NCBI GenBank assembly: GCA_028288965.1
Contig: JAQGHD010000025.1
Span: forward strand, 1-63,161
Length of the DNA stretch: 63,161 nucleotides
Origin: Candidatus Saccharimonadota bacterium
Lineage (GTDB): Bacteria > Patescibacteriota > Saccharimonadia > Saccharimonadales > JAQGHD01
Reading direction: 5' to 3'
The notes beneath the pieces are model-generated. The model was not told the DNA's origin, searched no databases, and saw nothing but the letters and a program-made list of their open reading frames with translations. Each line of letters starts with the position of its first letter. Within the stretch, counting starts at the first letter, position 1. The position numbers were made by a program, and so were the translations under genes. Of the stretch, positions 1 to 8,535 are shown piece by piece.

Positions 1-1052
1 AAGTACTTGTTTTTTAAACTCTGTGCTGGCTTTGGCGGCTTCCGGCGGCCAAAAATCCTCAGAGCGCTTATATAGTTCACCGAGTGGTAGCTGGCGGATG
101 TGCTGCCCATTGACCCACAGCAGGCGTTGTTCATCAAAGCGGGCACCACTTTTTTGGACCCGATCTAAGCTAAACTTGGCAATCAGTTCATCCATAGTAA
201 ATACCTCTTGTTCGGTGCCGTCGTTCCAACCCAGGGTGGCAATGAAATTTACCAATCCCTCCGGCAAATATCCATCGCGAAGGTAATCGAGCACGTCTTT
301 GGCGCCATCACGCTTACTGAGCTTTTTGTTACCATCTGGTGCCAAAATATGCGGGAGCGTGGCCATAATCGGCGGCTTAAGCTTTAGCGCCTCGTACACA
401 TTGAGATACCGCGGCACGCTGGCTATAAATTCTTGACCCCGAATAACGTGAGAAATCTCCATAAGGTGATCATCAACCACGTGGGCAAAGTTATACGTGG
501 GGTAGCCATCGGATTTTATAAGGATAAAATCATCAACCACTTCTGGGCCGGTGGATAGATCGCCCATGACAGCGTCTTGCCACTGGTAACTTTTAGGTTC
601 GGATAAAAATCGTAGGGGTTGGCTGCCATCCCACTGTGGCGGGTTAGCTGGACGGTGTTCGCGGAACAAAAACGGCCGCTTATCTTGCTTGGCTTGATTT
701 CGAAAACCGTCAAGTTCCGCTGGAGTGTACGGGTCGGCGTAGGCGCGGCCAGCGGCCACGAGCTTATGAGCCCACTCCTTATATATGGCTAAGCGTTCAG
801 ACTGGCGATACGGGCCATGTTGGCCGCCAATGTCCGGACCTTCATCGTAGTGCAGTCCCAGCGCTTTTAAGCTATCCATAATGTGTTGCTCGGCGCCTTT
901 GACTTCTCGAGCTAGGTCGGTATCTTCTAATCTCAGTAAAAACTGGCCCTTGGCTTGGCGGGCGACCAACCAGGCAAATAAAGCCGTGCGGATACCGCCG
1001 ACGTGTACATAGCCGGTGGGGCTTGGCGCAAAGCGAGTTCGTACAGTACTCA
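1..1052 (-). CDS. gltX: Glutamyl-tRNA synthetase, N-terminal ~350 aa. The gene runs off the window start, so the C-terminus is not in the window.
   Basis: Reverse-strand translation from the ATG at 1050-1052 gives [33 protein letters not shown]..., which carries the class-I aaRS HIGH-type motif. The reading frame stays open to position 1, which is why it is absent from the ORF track. Confidence 0.85.
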
Positions 1053-1093
1053 TTGCTAGTTAGTATGCCATAAACAGAGGTAGTTGCCTACAC

Positions 1094-2143
1094 TTACAAG
1101 CTGCTAGCGATGTGCAGCAGCTGGTCGCTATTGAGGCTGGAGTTGCCGCTAATTTGATACCAGATGCCGTTGTTAACCCAAGTGGCGTTACTGTTGCCAT
1201 AGATGTAGATAGTTTTGTCGTTGGCCTCAAAAGTTTGATACGGTTGGCTGTTAACGGTTACATATTTATTGAGTAGCGTGTCGGTGTTCCAGTTGGAGGT
1301 TTGCTGGGTCAGCTTGAAGTTGCGGTCATCGGCGTGCGATTTAAAGCTGACGGTAATTTGGCCGGGGCTGTACTGAATGGGGCCACGTATAGCAAAACCA
1401 CTGGGGTGGTAGCTCGGTAATTTGGCGTGAATGCCGGCTTTGGCGGCGGCCACTCGCATGCTCAGATTGGCGGTGTTTTGGTACCCAAAAAAGCCAGCCA
1501 GTACCACTACGGCTAATACGCCAGCACTAACGCTGAGTGCTCGGGCACTGATGCCCAACTTTTTAGCCACTTTGTGGCGCGTCTTGGTGGTACGTTGCAG
1601 TGGTTCGGCTAAGCTATCTGCCCTTTTTAAGGCCTCCGTAAAGACATCGCCCTTGGAGCTGGTGACTGGTTTGGCGTGAGCCACACGCTGCTGAGCCACG
1701 CTGACTTCATGTTTGTGGTGGGGGCTATGCGGAGCGGGCTGGACTGGCATGTGGACAGTTTTTTGGGAAACTACCGGGCTGAAGCCACCAAAGCGGCTGA
1801 CAAGCTTACTCTTATGAATTTTTTGTGCTCTGGCTATACGCTCGGAATTAAGATGCTCTATAGGTGCAAAAGCAGCGTGTGTAACAGTGGCAATGGCATC
1901 GCTAATAGTTGGCGAATTGGTAGGTTTGGTGTGCGGTTTTTTGACCGCTTGGCGCATCAGCGTTTTAGCGTGCTCGGGCTGGTGATGCTTGACCTGACGA
2001 GCGGTTGGACGAGAGGGGTGGGCACCGGCTTTGGCGGGCGACGCGCCAGGGTGTAATCTACTCGGCAAAAAACCGTCTAGCACCTTACCGGTGCCGGCGT
2101 CATAGCGCTTGCCATTTAACTCTAGCGTGTTTGTGTGTGCCAC
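1094..2143 (-). CDS. Hypothetical protein with a single transmembrane segment. The N-terminal half is basic and rich in His and Pro; the C-terminal half looks like an extracytoplasmic beta-rich domain.
   Basis: 349-aa ORF with a hydrophobic stretch GVLAVVVLAGFFGY. It sits co-directionally upstream of gltX. No motif I can name with confidence. Confidence 0.5.
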   Translation of the reverse strand: MAHTNTLELNGKRYDAGTGKVLDGFLPSRLHPGASPAKAGAHPSRPTARQVKHHQPEHAKTLMRQAVKKPHTKPTNSPTISDAIATVTHAAFAPIEHLNSERIARAQKIHKSKLVSRFGGFSPVVSQKTVHMPVQPAPHSPHHKHEVSVAQQRVAHAKPVTSSKGDVFTEALKRADSLAEPLQRTTKTRHKVAKKLGISARALSVSAGVLAVVVLAGFFGYQNTANLSMRVAAAKAGIHAKLPSYHPSGFAIRGPIQYSPGQITVSFKSHADDRNFKLTQQTSNWNTDTLLNKYVTVNSQPYQTFEANDKTIYIYGNSNATWVNNGIWYQISGNSSLNSDQLLHIASSL

Positions 2144-2290
2144 TTTCTTTTCATACCCTCTAGTGGTAATTTTATGACCCTAGTGCTTTAATAGTAACTC
2201 CTTGATTCGTGTTTGGCAACTGCGGTGAAATAGAATTCTGTTACTAAGACGTGATAAACTCCAGGCTAGGTATTATAAAATAAACACACT

Positions 2291-3766
2291 ATGGATTTTT
2301 TAGACCCCGCCAAAAAACGTGCGCACGGTATTCGATTATTTATCGGCTATTTTTTGATTGGTGTGGCCTTAACATTGGCCACAGTAATATTGGTTTTTCA
2401 AGCCAATGGCTATGATTTTAATCGCTCCACCGGAACAGTGATCCAAAATGGGTTGGTGTTTGTGGCGGCTCAACCGGAATCAGCTGCTATTTACGTAAAC
2501 AACGTGCAGCAAAAAGCTCGTACCGATACCCGCCTGACTTTGCCAGCTGGCCAATATAACATCCGCCTGGAGCGTGATGGCTATCGCACTTGGCAACGAA
2601 CATTTAACCTGAATGGTGGCAGTATTGAACGCTTGGTCTACCCTGTTTTGTGGCCGACTAAATTAGTCACCAATGATGTCCAGCTGTACGCTGGTCTGTC
2701 GCCTCTGTCAATGCAAAGTCCTGACAGACGGTGGCTATTGGTTGAACAGCCCGGCAGTCTAGAGAGTTTTGATATGTACGATCTTACTAACCCCACGCAG
2801 CCGCCGGTCAAAACCACCGTACCAACTGCTATTCTTACCCCCTCTAAAGAGGCTCAGAGCTGGAAACTCGTGGAGTGGTCAACCGATAATCGCCATGTCT
2901 TGCTGGAGCATTTGTTTGGGAGCCAGCATGAATTTGTGATGGTTGATCGTGAAACGCCAGCCAGTAGTTTTAATGTGGATAAGGCCTTTAAAATCACACC
3001 AGATCAAGTTGCTCTGCACGACAAGCATTTCGATAGCCTATTTATATATAACGCGACCAGCAAAGGCTTGAGTCTAGGGTCGGTAAAAGATGGCACCGTG
3101 GCACCCTATCTCAATGGCGTGCGAGCGTTTAAGCCCTATGGCAGTAATATGATGCTGTACGCCACTGAAGAAGGTGCACCGAGTGGCAAGGTGCTGATTC
3201 GTTTGCGAGAGGATACCACCAGCTATACTCTGCGCCAAACCACTAGTAATACGACGTACTTGCTCGACATGGCTCGATTTAGCGGAGCCTGGTATGTGGC
3301 CGCCGGGGCTACTAGCGAAGGCCGTACGTATATCTTTAAAAATCCACTGGATGCGCTCAAGCAGCATCCTCCTGAAACGCTGGCGCCGATTTCTATCTTG
3401 CGCCTAGATAACCCCTTGAGTTTAAGTTTTTCGAATAATACCCGCTTTATTATGGTTCAAAGTGGCAATAAGTTTTCGGTCTATGACGCTGATGATGACC
3501 GCCGCTTCAGCTATCAGCTTAAGTTTCCGGTTGATGATACTGCTAAGGCTGTATGGATGGACGGCCACCGCCTGATGTTAACCCACGAAGGCAAAACCTA
3601 CGTTTGGGATTTTGATGGTGTCAACCAGCAATCACTATCGGCCAGTAGCCTGGCCGAAGGGGCGTTCTTTGATCGAGATTATCTCAAGTTGTTCAACGTA
3701 GCTCCCTCGGTAGCCGTGCCCGGCCGGTACGCCCTCACCCAAACTGACTTAAAAGCCAAGCTCTAG
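2291..3766 (+). CDS. Hypothetical N-terminally anchored protein with a PEGA-like domain and a probable beta-propeller region.
   Basis: 491-aa ORF. N-terminal TM segment LFIGYFLIGVALTLATVILVF. The stretch 'AAIYVNNVQQKARTDTRLTLPAGQYNIRLERDGY' resembles a PEGA domain. Confidence 0.5.
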   Translation: MDFLDPAKKRAHGIRLFIGYFLIGVALTLATVILVFQANGYDFNRSTGTVIQNGLVFVAAQPESAAIYVNNVQQKARTDTRLTLPAGQYNIRLERDGYRTWQRTFNLNGGSIERLVYPVLWPTKLVTNDVQLYAGLSPLSMQSPDRRWLLVEQPGSLESFDMYDLTNPTQPPVKTTVPTAILTPSKEAQSWKLVEWSTDNRHVLLEHLFGSQHEFVMVDRETPASSFNVDKAFKITPDQVALHDKHFDSLFIYNATSKGLSLGSVKDGTVAPYLNGVRAFKPYGSNMMLYATEEGAPSGKVLIRLREDTTSYTLRQTTSNTTYLLDMARFSGAWYVAAGATSEGRTYIFKNPLDALKQHPPETLAPISILRLDNPLSLSFSNNTRFIMVQSGNKFSVYDADDDRRFSYQLKFPVDDTAKAVWMDGHRLMLTHEGKTYVWDFDGVNQQSLSASSLAEGAFFDRDYLKLFNVAPSVAVPGRYALTQTDLKAKL

Positions 3767-3798
3767 CAATTCCAATATAAAAAATGGGGTGGCAGTCG

Positions 3799-3821
3799 GC
3801 GGGGTGGCCCCGCTAAATTTT
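3799..3821. terminator. GC hairpin (GCGGGG-TGGC-CCCGC) followed by an A/T run, between convergent genes.
   Basis: Read directly from the sequence between the 2291..3766(+) and 3890..5071(-) genes. Confidence 0.3.
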
Positions 3822-3889
3822 GTTACGTGAAAATTCTGTGGGGCGGACCGACTGACAGGACCCCAGTCCTATTTTTGGAATTGCTAGGA

Positions 3890-5071
3890 CTAGCTTGTAA
3901 ACCAGTGGACGATGCGGGACCACAGGCTGGGCGCGTTACCGGCCAGCTGCGTTGGACGGGTATCGGTTTTGACGGCGGTACTGACGCCATTCAGGTTAGG
4001 ATCGGGGCTAATTTGTTCGCCAACCACCACCAGCCGATGTAATGACGTGCCCGGTGGATCACAGGTAATCAGCGTGGCCGAAGCCGCCTTCTCGTTGGCA
4101 CCAAGCACAGCAACGTCATTGGCTTCAACGATTTGTTTCTTATAAACCTTGTAAACGTAGCGCTTCCCGCCTTTAGTAAGATAAAACGTATCACCGTTAT
4201 CAAGTCGGCTGAGCAGCACAAAAGCAAATTTGTAGCGCCCGTGGTTCAAAATATTATTGCTGGAGTGCCCGACAATAGCGATATTCCCCTTCTCACCCGG
4301 CGCTGGTGTACTGGCATAATGAACCACGCCGTTTTCTAAAGATTTTTGGATGGCCGCCTCTTCTACGGATGATTGGTCGTACACCACGGGAATCTCAACG
4401 TTAATTTTTGGAATAATAATCTCGGAGTTTGGCCCGGCCGCTGAGCTGGAGTCAGCGATGATAGCTGTACTACTGACGTTTCGGCTTGGCGTAATAAAGG
4501 GGGCCAGAAAACGGTCGTTAAAAAAACCAAACAGCAAAATAAGTATCACCACTGAGCCCATGGCCAGGCCAAAAGCAATCGATTGCACATGGTGTTTGGC
4601 GCTCAGCTTTTGGTGACGACGCGGGCTGGCGGTCATTAATTGCCGCTTCATGTCTGATACGGTTTTGAGCCCGGTTTTTCGTTTATGGCGCGGTGCGGCG
4701 TGGTGTTCAAAAACCTGCGGCGTGGTGGCGGCTGGCTCCTGCGGCAACGGCTGGGCATGCTGGCTAGCCTTATAAAATTCTTGCCAAACTTGGTGTTTTT
4801 CGTGATCGGGCAGCTTGGTGTAGTATTCATGCCAAGCGGCTTGAATTTCAGCCAGAGATCTGCCAGAGCTACTGAGTTCTTGCATATACCGCTGATGCTT
4901 AGATAGATGCGGGCTATGCTCAATCTCGGCCAGCTCGGCTTTGGCCTGCGGTTCGGACTCCTCTTGAAATAACTGGTGCAATTTTTCGCGAATAACGTTG
5001 GCAGCTAAATCGGCTCCTGGCTGGTTGTCAGGAGCTGGTGTAGGCTGGTTGGAATCGTCTTGTGTGGCCAT
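3890..5071 (-). CDS. Sortase-family transpeptidase with an unusually long N-terminal cytoplasmic extension (~170 aa).
   Basis: 393 aa. Catalytic-domain motifs 'GNIAIVGHSS' (His region) and 'TLITCDP' (TLxTC active-site Cys). A TM segment IAFGLAMGSVVILILLFGFF precedes the catalytic domain. Confidence 0.7.
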   Translation of the reverse strand: MATQDDSNQPTPAPDNQPGADLAANVIREKLHQLFQEESEPQAKAELAEIEHSPHLSKHQRYMQELSSSGRSLAEIQAAWHEYYTKLPDHEKHQVWQEFYKASQHAQPLPQEPAATTPQVFEHHAAPRHKRKTGLKTVSDMKRQLMTASPRRHQKLSAKHHVQSIAFGLAMGSVVILILLFGFFNDRFLAPFITPSRNVSSTAIIADSSSAAGPNSEIIIPKINVEIPVVYDQSSVEEAAIQKSLENGVVHYASTPAPGEKGNIAIVGHSSNNILNHGRYKFAFVLLSRLDNGDTFYLTKGGKRYVYKVYKKQIVEANDVAVLGANEKAASATLITCDPPGTSLHRLVVVGEQISPDPNLNGVSTAVKTDTRPTQLAGNAPSLWSRIVHWFTS

Positions 5072-5207
5072 ATATTAGCAGATCTGAGCCATATGAAATG
5101 GCTAGTACCTCTGTAATTAGTATAGTACAATACCCGATGTTCTCATACCTGTTATCTTTAGGGTTTGAGTAGCCAATTTTCCAAACTGTAGGTGTGGGCT
5201 TGGATAA

Positions 5208-5292
5208 GGGCGAGTGGCGGAACTGGTATACGCGCACGACTCAAAATCGTGTTCCTTACGGATTGAGGGTTCGATTCCCTCCTTGCCCACCA
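5208..5292 (+). tRNA. tRNA-Leu (anticodon CAA), type II with a long variable arm, CCA encoded.
   Basis: Acceptor stem GGGCGAG/CTTGCCC. D arm GTGGCGGAACTGGTATACGCGC. Anticodon stem-loop CACGA-CTCAAAA-TCGTG. Variable arm TTCCTTACGGATTGA. T arm GAGGGTTCGATTCCCTC. Folded by hand. Confidence 0.85.
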
Positions 5293-5297
5293 AAAAA

Positions 5298-5326
5298 TAC
5301 CCCATTGAATAGATGGGGTATTTTTC
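5298..5326. terminator. Rho-independent-type hairpin TACCCCATTGAATAGATGGGGTA flanked by A and T runs on both sides, so potentially bidirectional.
   Basis: Lies immediately 3' of tRNA-Leu. Confidence 0.45.
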
Positions 5327-5382
5327 TTGGCTAGTAAGCGCGAGAATCAAACGGGTATGTCCTGATGGACGTACCCCGCCCA

Positions 5383-5402
5383 GGTCGATTCCCTCCTTGC
5401 CC
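5383..5402 (+). repeat. Partial direct duplicate of the tRNA-Leu 3' end (ggtcgattccctccttgccc). Matches tRNA positions 5268-5288 except for one missing T.
   Basis: Compared by eye. Lies ~90 bp downstream of the intact tRNA and abuts the stop of the 5403..6200(-) gene. Confidence 0.6.
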
Positions 5403-6200
5403 TTATCTATCACCCGAGGCTTCACTAACCGCGGTAGTCAGGGCCTCGAACGACTGGCTAGGATTTTGGAGCCACCAGACGCTAGCGTAAGCAGCAACTT
5501 TGGTTCGCCAAATGTCCAAAGCTTGGGGCGTGGTGCTCACCTGTCCGCTGTCGGCCACAATGCTTTGCCCTTGATGCTCGGTGATGATCTTGACCGGATA
5601 TTGCTGACTAAAATCATGCAACAGTTCAACCAGCTGTAGCACATCCATGCTAAAAGTAACGGCCTTGGGAAAGCCAGCGGCTTTCACTAGTTTTTGCAGT
5701 TGCGACAGACTTAAAACCAGGGCGGTATTTTGGCGATTGAGTACATCTTGTGGTGAGGTATAAAGATAATCAACGGCATCGCGGCTCAAAACAACGGCCG
5801 CCCCGGATTTAGCTAAAAATTGCTCCAGCAAAATGGCTGTCTCGCTGTTTCGACCTAGCTCGCCAGCAACTAGGACACCGTCAGCCCAGCCACTAAAATC
5901 CAGCCACTGCGCCAAGGCTTGTTTGCTAAAACTGCCGCTTGGTGTGCTGCTGGCGTACTCGCCATTTTCTAGTACTCGTCCGACGGTTTTGCGCAAAGCA
6001 TCCGGCAACAAGACTTTGGCCACACCTATGCCCGCTTCTGTGGCATATGTGTAAGCTTCGGCTGGTGCTGCAAAACCGTGTAAATTGCCACCGATAACTA
6101 ACAGCTTGCCAGCCATTTGACGTGACTCTGGCCGACTCCACAAAAGATCACCAAACAGCGGTTTGTCCTGGGATTGCCTGTGCCAATATTCCTGGTTCAT
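5403..6200 (-). CDS. Probable NAD(P)H-hydrate dehydratase / YjeF C-terminal-type carbohydrate kinase family protein.
   Basis: 265 aa. 'GKLLVIGGNLHGFAAPAEAY...AGIGVAKVL' fits the YjeF_C N-terminal signature. Assignment is tentative. Confidence 0.5.
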   Translation of the reverse strand: MNQEYWHRQSQDKPLFGDLLWSRPESRQMAGKLLVIGGNLHGFAAPAEAYTYATEAGIGVAKVLLPDALRKTVGRVLENGEYASSTPSGSFSKQALAQWLDFSGWADGVLVAGELGRNSETAILLEQFLAKSGAAVVLSRDAVDYLYTSPQDVLNRQNTALVLSLSQLQKLVKAAGFPKAVTFSMDVLQLVELLHDFSQQYPVKIITEHQGQSIVADSGQVSTTPQALDIWRTKVAAYASVWWLQNPSQSFEALTTAVSEASGDR

Positions 6201-6204
6201 AGAT

Positions 6205-6771
6205 TTAGTCTACCAATTCTAGGTATTTTTCTGGATATAACCAGCAATCGTCGTGCTGGCCTTGAATCTGTTTAACGGTAAAATGACGGCCCTTAATCAA
6301 TAGATCATCAATTTGCGGCGAGCAAAAAGCATCTCGATCGGCTCGTAAAATTAACACCCGGTTATGGGTAATTTGTTCATGAAAATATTTCTTTCTGACA
6401 GTACCACTCATGCGCAGAGCCAAAGGAATATCACCTAAAAGATAAACCATGTTCCAAGCGGTTTTTTGCCACCAATACCCAAGTTTTTTGTGTTTTAAGC
6501 TTTGGCTTAGATCCAGGTATGACTTTTTTATAAATCGGCTAGCTAACGACTTACCGGGCCAATATGGTGGGCCGATGAGAACTAGTAGTTGATGTTTATG
6601 GGTGTCCGGCAAGAAATAACAGCCGCCTGAATGAGCAATAACTACATCGGCAGCATTGTCCTTATCGGCCTCAACATAACCGCGCTTAGCTAGTTCAGCT
6701 TTCATTTTCTTGCTATGCCAGTTTCCCTCGCCAAAACCATACACCAAGACAAAAGTTTTTGAGTTAGCCAT
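6205..6771 (-). CDS. Small alpha/beta-hydrolase-fold protein, serine-hydrolase type.
   Basis: 188 aa. 'VIAHSGG' nucleophile-elbow-like motif. The size fits the RBBP9/YdeN-like hydrolases. Confidence 0.45.
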   Translation of the reverse strand: MANSKTFVLVYGFGEGNWHSKKMKAELAKRGYVEADKDNAADVVIAHSGGCYFLPDTHKHQLLVLIGPPYWPGKSLASRFIKKSYLDLSQSLKHKKLGYWWQKTAWNMVYLLGDIPLALRMSGTVRKKYFHEQITHNRVLILRADRDAFCSPQIDDLLIKGRHFTVKQIQGQHDDCWLYPEKYLELVD

Positions 6772-6772
6772 G

Positions 6773-7570
6773 CTAGATGTCTAAATCGATGCTCACCGGG
6801 CAATGATCCGAGCCCATGACGTCTGGGTGAATGTCGGCAGCCTTAACTTTATCTTTAAGGCTGGCTGAAACCAGAATGTAATCTATACGCCAGCCGACGT
6901 TGCGAGCCCGAGCGTTAGCAAAGTGACTCCACCAGGTGTAAAAGCCCTTGCCCTGCTTGAACATACGCAGGCTATCGACGAACCCGGCATCAATAAAGTT
7001 CTGAAAGCCCTCCCGTTCTTCATTAGTAAAGCCTTTTTTACCAATGTTGGCTTTGTCGTTGGCTAGGTCGTCTGGCGTATGAGCAACGTTGAGGTCGCCA
7101 CTAAACACAACGGGCTTGGTTTTTTCCAGTTGTTTTACATAGGCCAAAAAAGCTGGATCCCATTGCTTGTGACGGAGCGGTATCCGCGTCAGGTCGTCTT
7201 TGGCATTGGGTGTATAAACAGTGACAAAATAAAACCCCGGGTACTCGGCGGCAATAATCCGACCCTCTTTGTTTGGGTCACCATAGTTATCGGCGGCCAG
7301 TTTGTATTTGGCGATGATATCTTTAGGCAGCCCGTGAATCACCTGCAACGGTTCGGGCTTGCTAAAAATAGCCGTGCCGCTGTAACCCTTTTTTTCTGCC
7401 GAAAACCAAAATTCTTTGTAAGCTGGGGCCTCTACCGCTGATTGATCTTGCTGAGCCTTGGTCTCTTGAATACCTAAAACATCAGGCTGGTGTTTATCAA
7501 TAAACGGTATAAACATGCCTTTTCGATCCACGGCACGAATTCCGTTCACATTCCAGGAATAAATCTTCAT
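6773..7570 (-). CDS. xthA: Exodeoxyribonuclease III (AP endonuclease, EEP family).
   Basis: N-terminal 'MKIYSWNVNGIRA'. C-terminal 'GWRIDYILVS...SDHCPV' is the typical Exo III signature. Confidence 0.85.
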   Translation of the reverse strand: MKIYSWNVNGIRAVDRKGMFIPFIDKHQPDVLGIQETKAQQDQSAVEAPAYKEFWFSAEKKGYSGTAIFSKPEPLQVIHGLPKDIIAKYKLAADNYGDPNKEGRIIAAEYPGFYFVTVYTPNAKDDLTRIPLRHKQWDPAFLAYVKQLEKTKPVVFSGDLNVAHTPDDLANDKANIGKKGFTNEEREGFQNFIDAGFVDSLRMFKQGKGFYTWWSHFANARARNVGWRIDYILVSASLKDKVKAADIHPDVMGSDHCPVSIDLDI

Positions 7571-7665
7571 GCCTTGATTGTAACCGAAGTCATATCAGTG
7601 AAGCAAAAAGCAAGTATATAAATTATATAGTTGCATATTCAACAAATCGATATGAAAATAAAGTT

Positions 7666-8457
7666 ATGGCAAAACGAAGGCAATCCAAGAAACAGCTGCA
7701 AGCCGAAGTACACAGACTTCAGCAAGAAAGTTCTCCATATATAGAACTTGCTCGCGAGATTCAAGATAACATTGCTAGAATTGCCATGACTGGTACGGCA
7801 CAAGATGCTGCTTTGGTTGAGCTATTTGATAGCATTGGTCGCGAGGCCCGCCAAGAGGCTGCGAGAAATGTTTTTTCAACGCTGTCACTAGAGAATCGTT
7901 GGCATATAATTGCAACAGTATTTTCTGATGATGAAATTAAGACAGCTCTTGAACTGCAACACGAAAGTCTTCATAGGCAGGCCGCCAGGAAAAACTATTA
8001 TGCGGAGATTGCTCGTGAAGCGCAGGAGCATAATCGCCTGGACCTTTTGAACTTAGATTTTGGAGTGCCATTGGTGCTTGGTTTATTTCGTTCGGCAGAA
8101 GTCGCGCAAGTAGTCCGTACCGGCAAAAAATCTCAAATATGTGCGCGTCGGTTATCATTATTATCAACAAATGATAAAGGAGTTTTCCAGGTTATTAACG
8201 ATGAATTTAATCCACATGGAAGTTTTCGAATTGGCGCAGACTATAATGAGGAGATTTGGCGTAAACAAGAGCGTTTTGATGGCCATAGTCTAATTCGGCC
8301 GGGGTTTCAACTTGAAAACTCTGACAGCTTGCAATTTCAATCGGCGCTTTATGTAGAGAGTAGAGTGGATTTTCAATCGAATAATCAGACCCATACCGGA
8401 TTATTAAGTCTTGGCTACGCTGTGGTGGGCGATTATGACGTCTTTACTGAAAGCTAG
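7666..8457 (+). CDS. Hypothetical protein encoded by an AT-rich gene.
   Basis: 263-aa ORF. Composition is visibly lower in GC than the neighbouring genes. No recognisable motif. Confidence 0.5.
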   Translation: MAKRRQSKKQLQAEVHRLQQESSPYIELAREIQDNIARIAMTGTAQDAALVELFDSIGREARQEAARNVFSTLSLENRWHIIATVFSDDEIKTALELQHESLHRQAARKNYYAEIAREAQEHNRLDLLNLDFGVPLVLGLFRSAEVAQVVRTGKKSQICARRLSLLSTNDKGVFQVINDEFNPHGSFRIGADYNEEIWRKQERFDGHSLIRPGFQLENSDSLQFQSALYVESRVDFQSNNQTHTGLLSLGYAVVGDYDVFTES

Positions 8458-8535
8458 ACATAGCAATCTTCCCTGTTATAGCTGTTGACCAAAAGTTTGT
8501 TTTATAGTATAAATATTTAGCTAGTCTATTGGCAA

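Noticed and set aside
1431-2056. Plus-strand ORFs (82 and 126 aa) inside the 1094..2143 minus-strand gene
   Set aside because: They are antisense to a longer, better-supported ORF and are Pro/Arg/Ala-rich, which is typical of GC-rich antisense frames.
5117-5425. 102-aa ORF on the minus strand across the tRNA-Leu region
   Set aside because: It lies entirely over the tRNA-Leu gene, its terminator hairpin and the tRNA 3' duplicate. It has no RBS and is almost certainly a spurious ORF.
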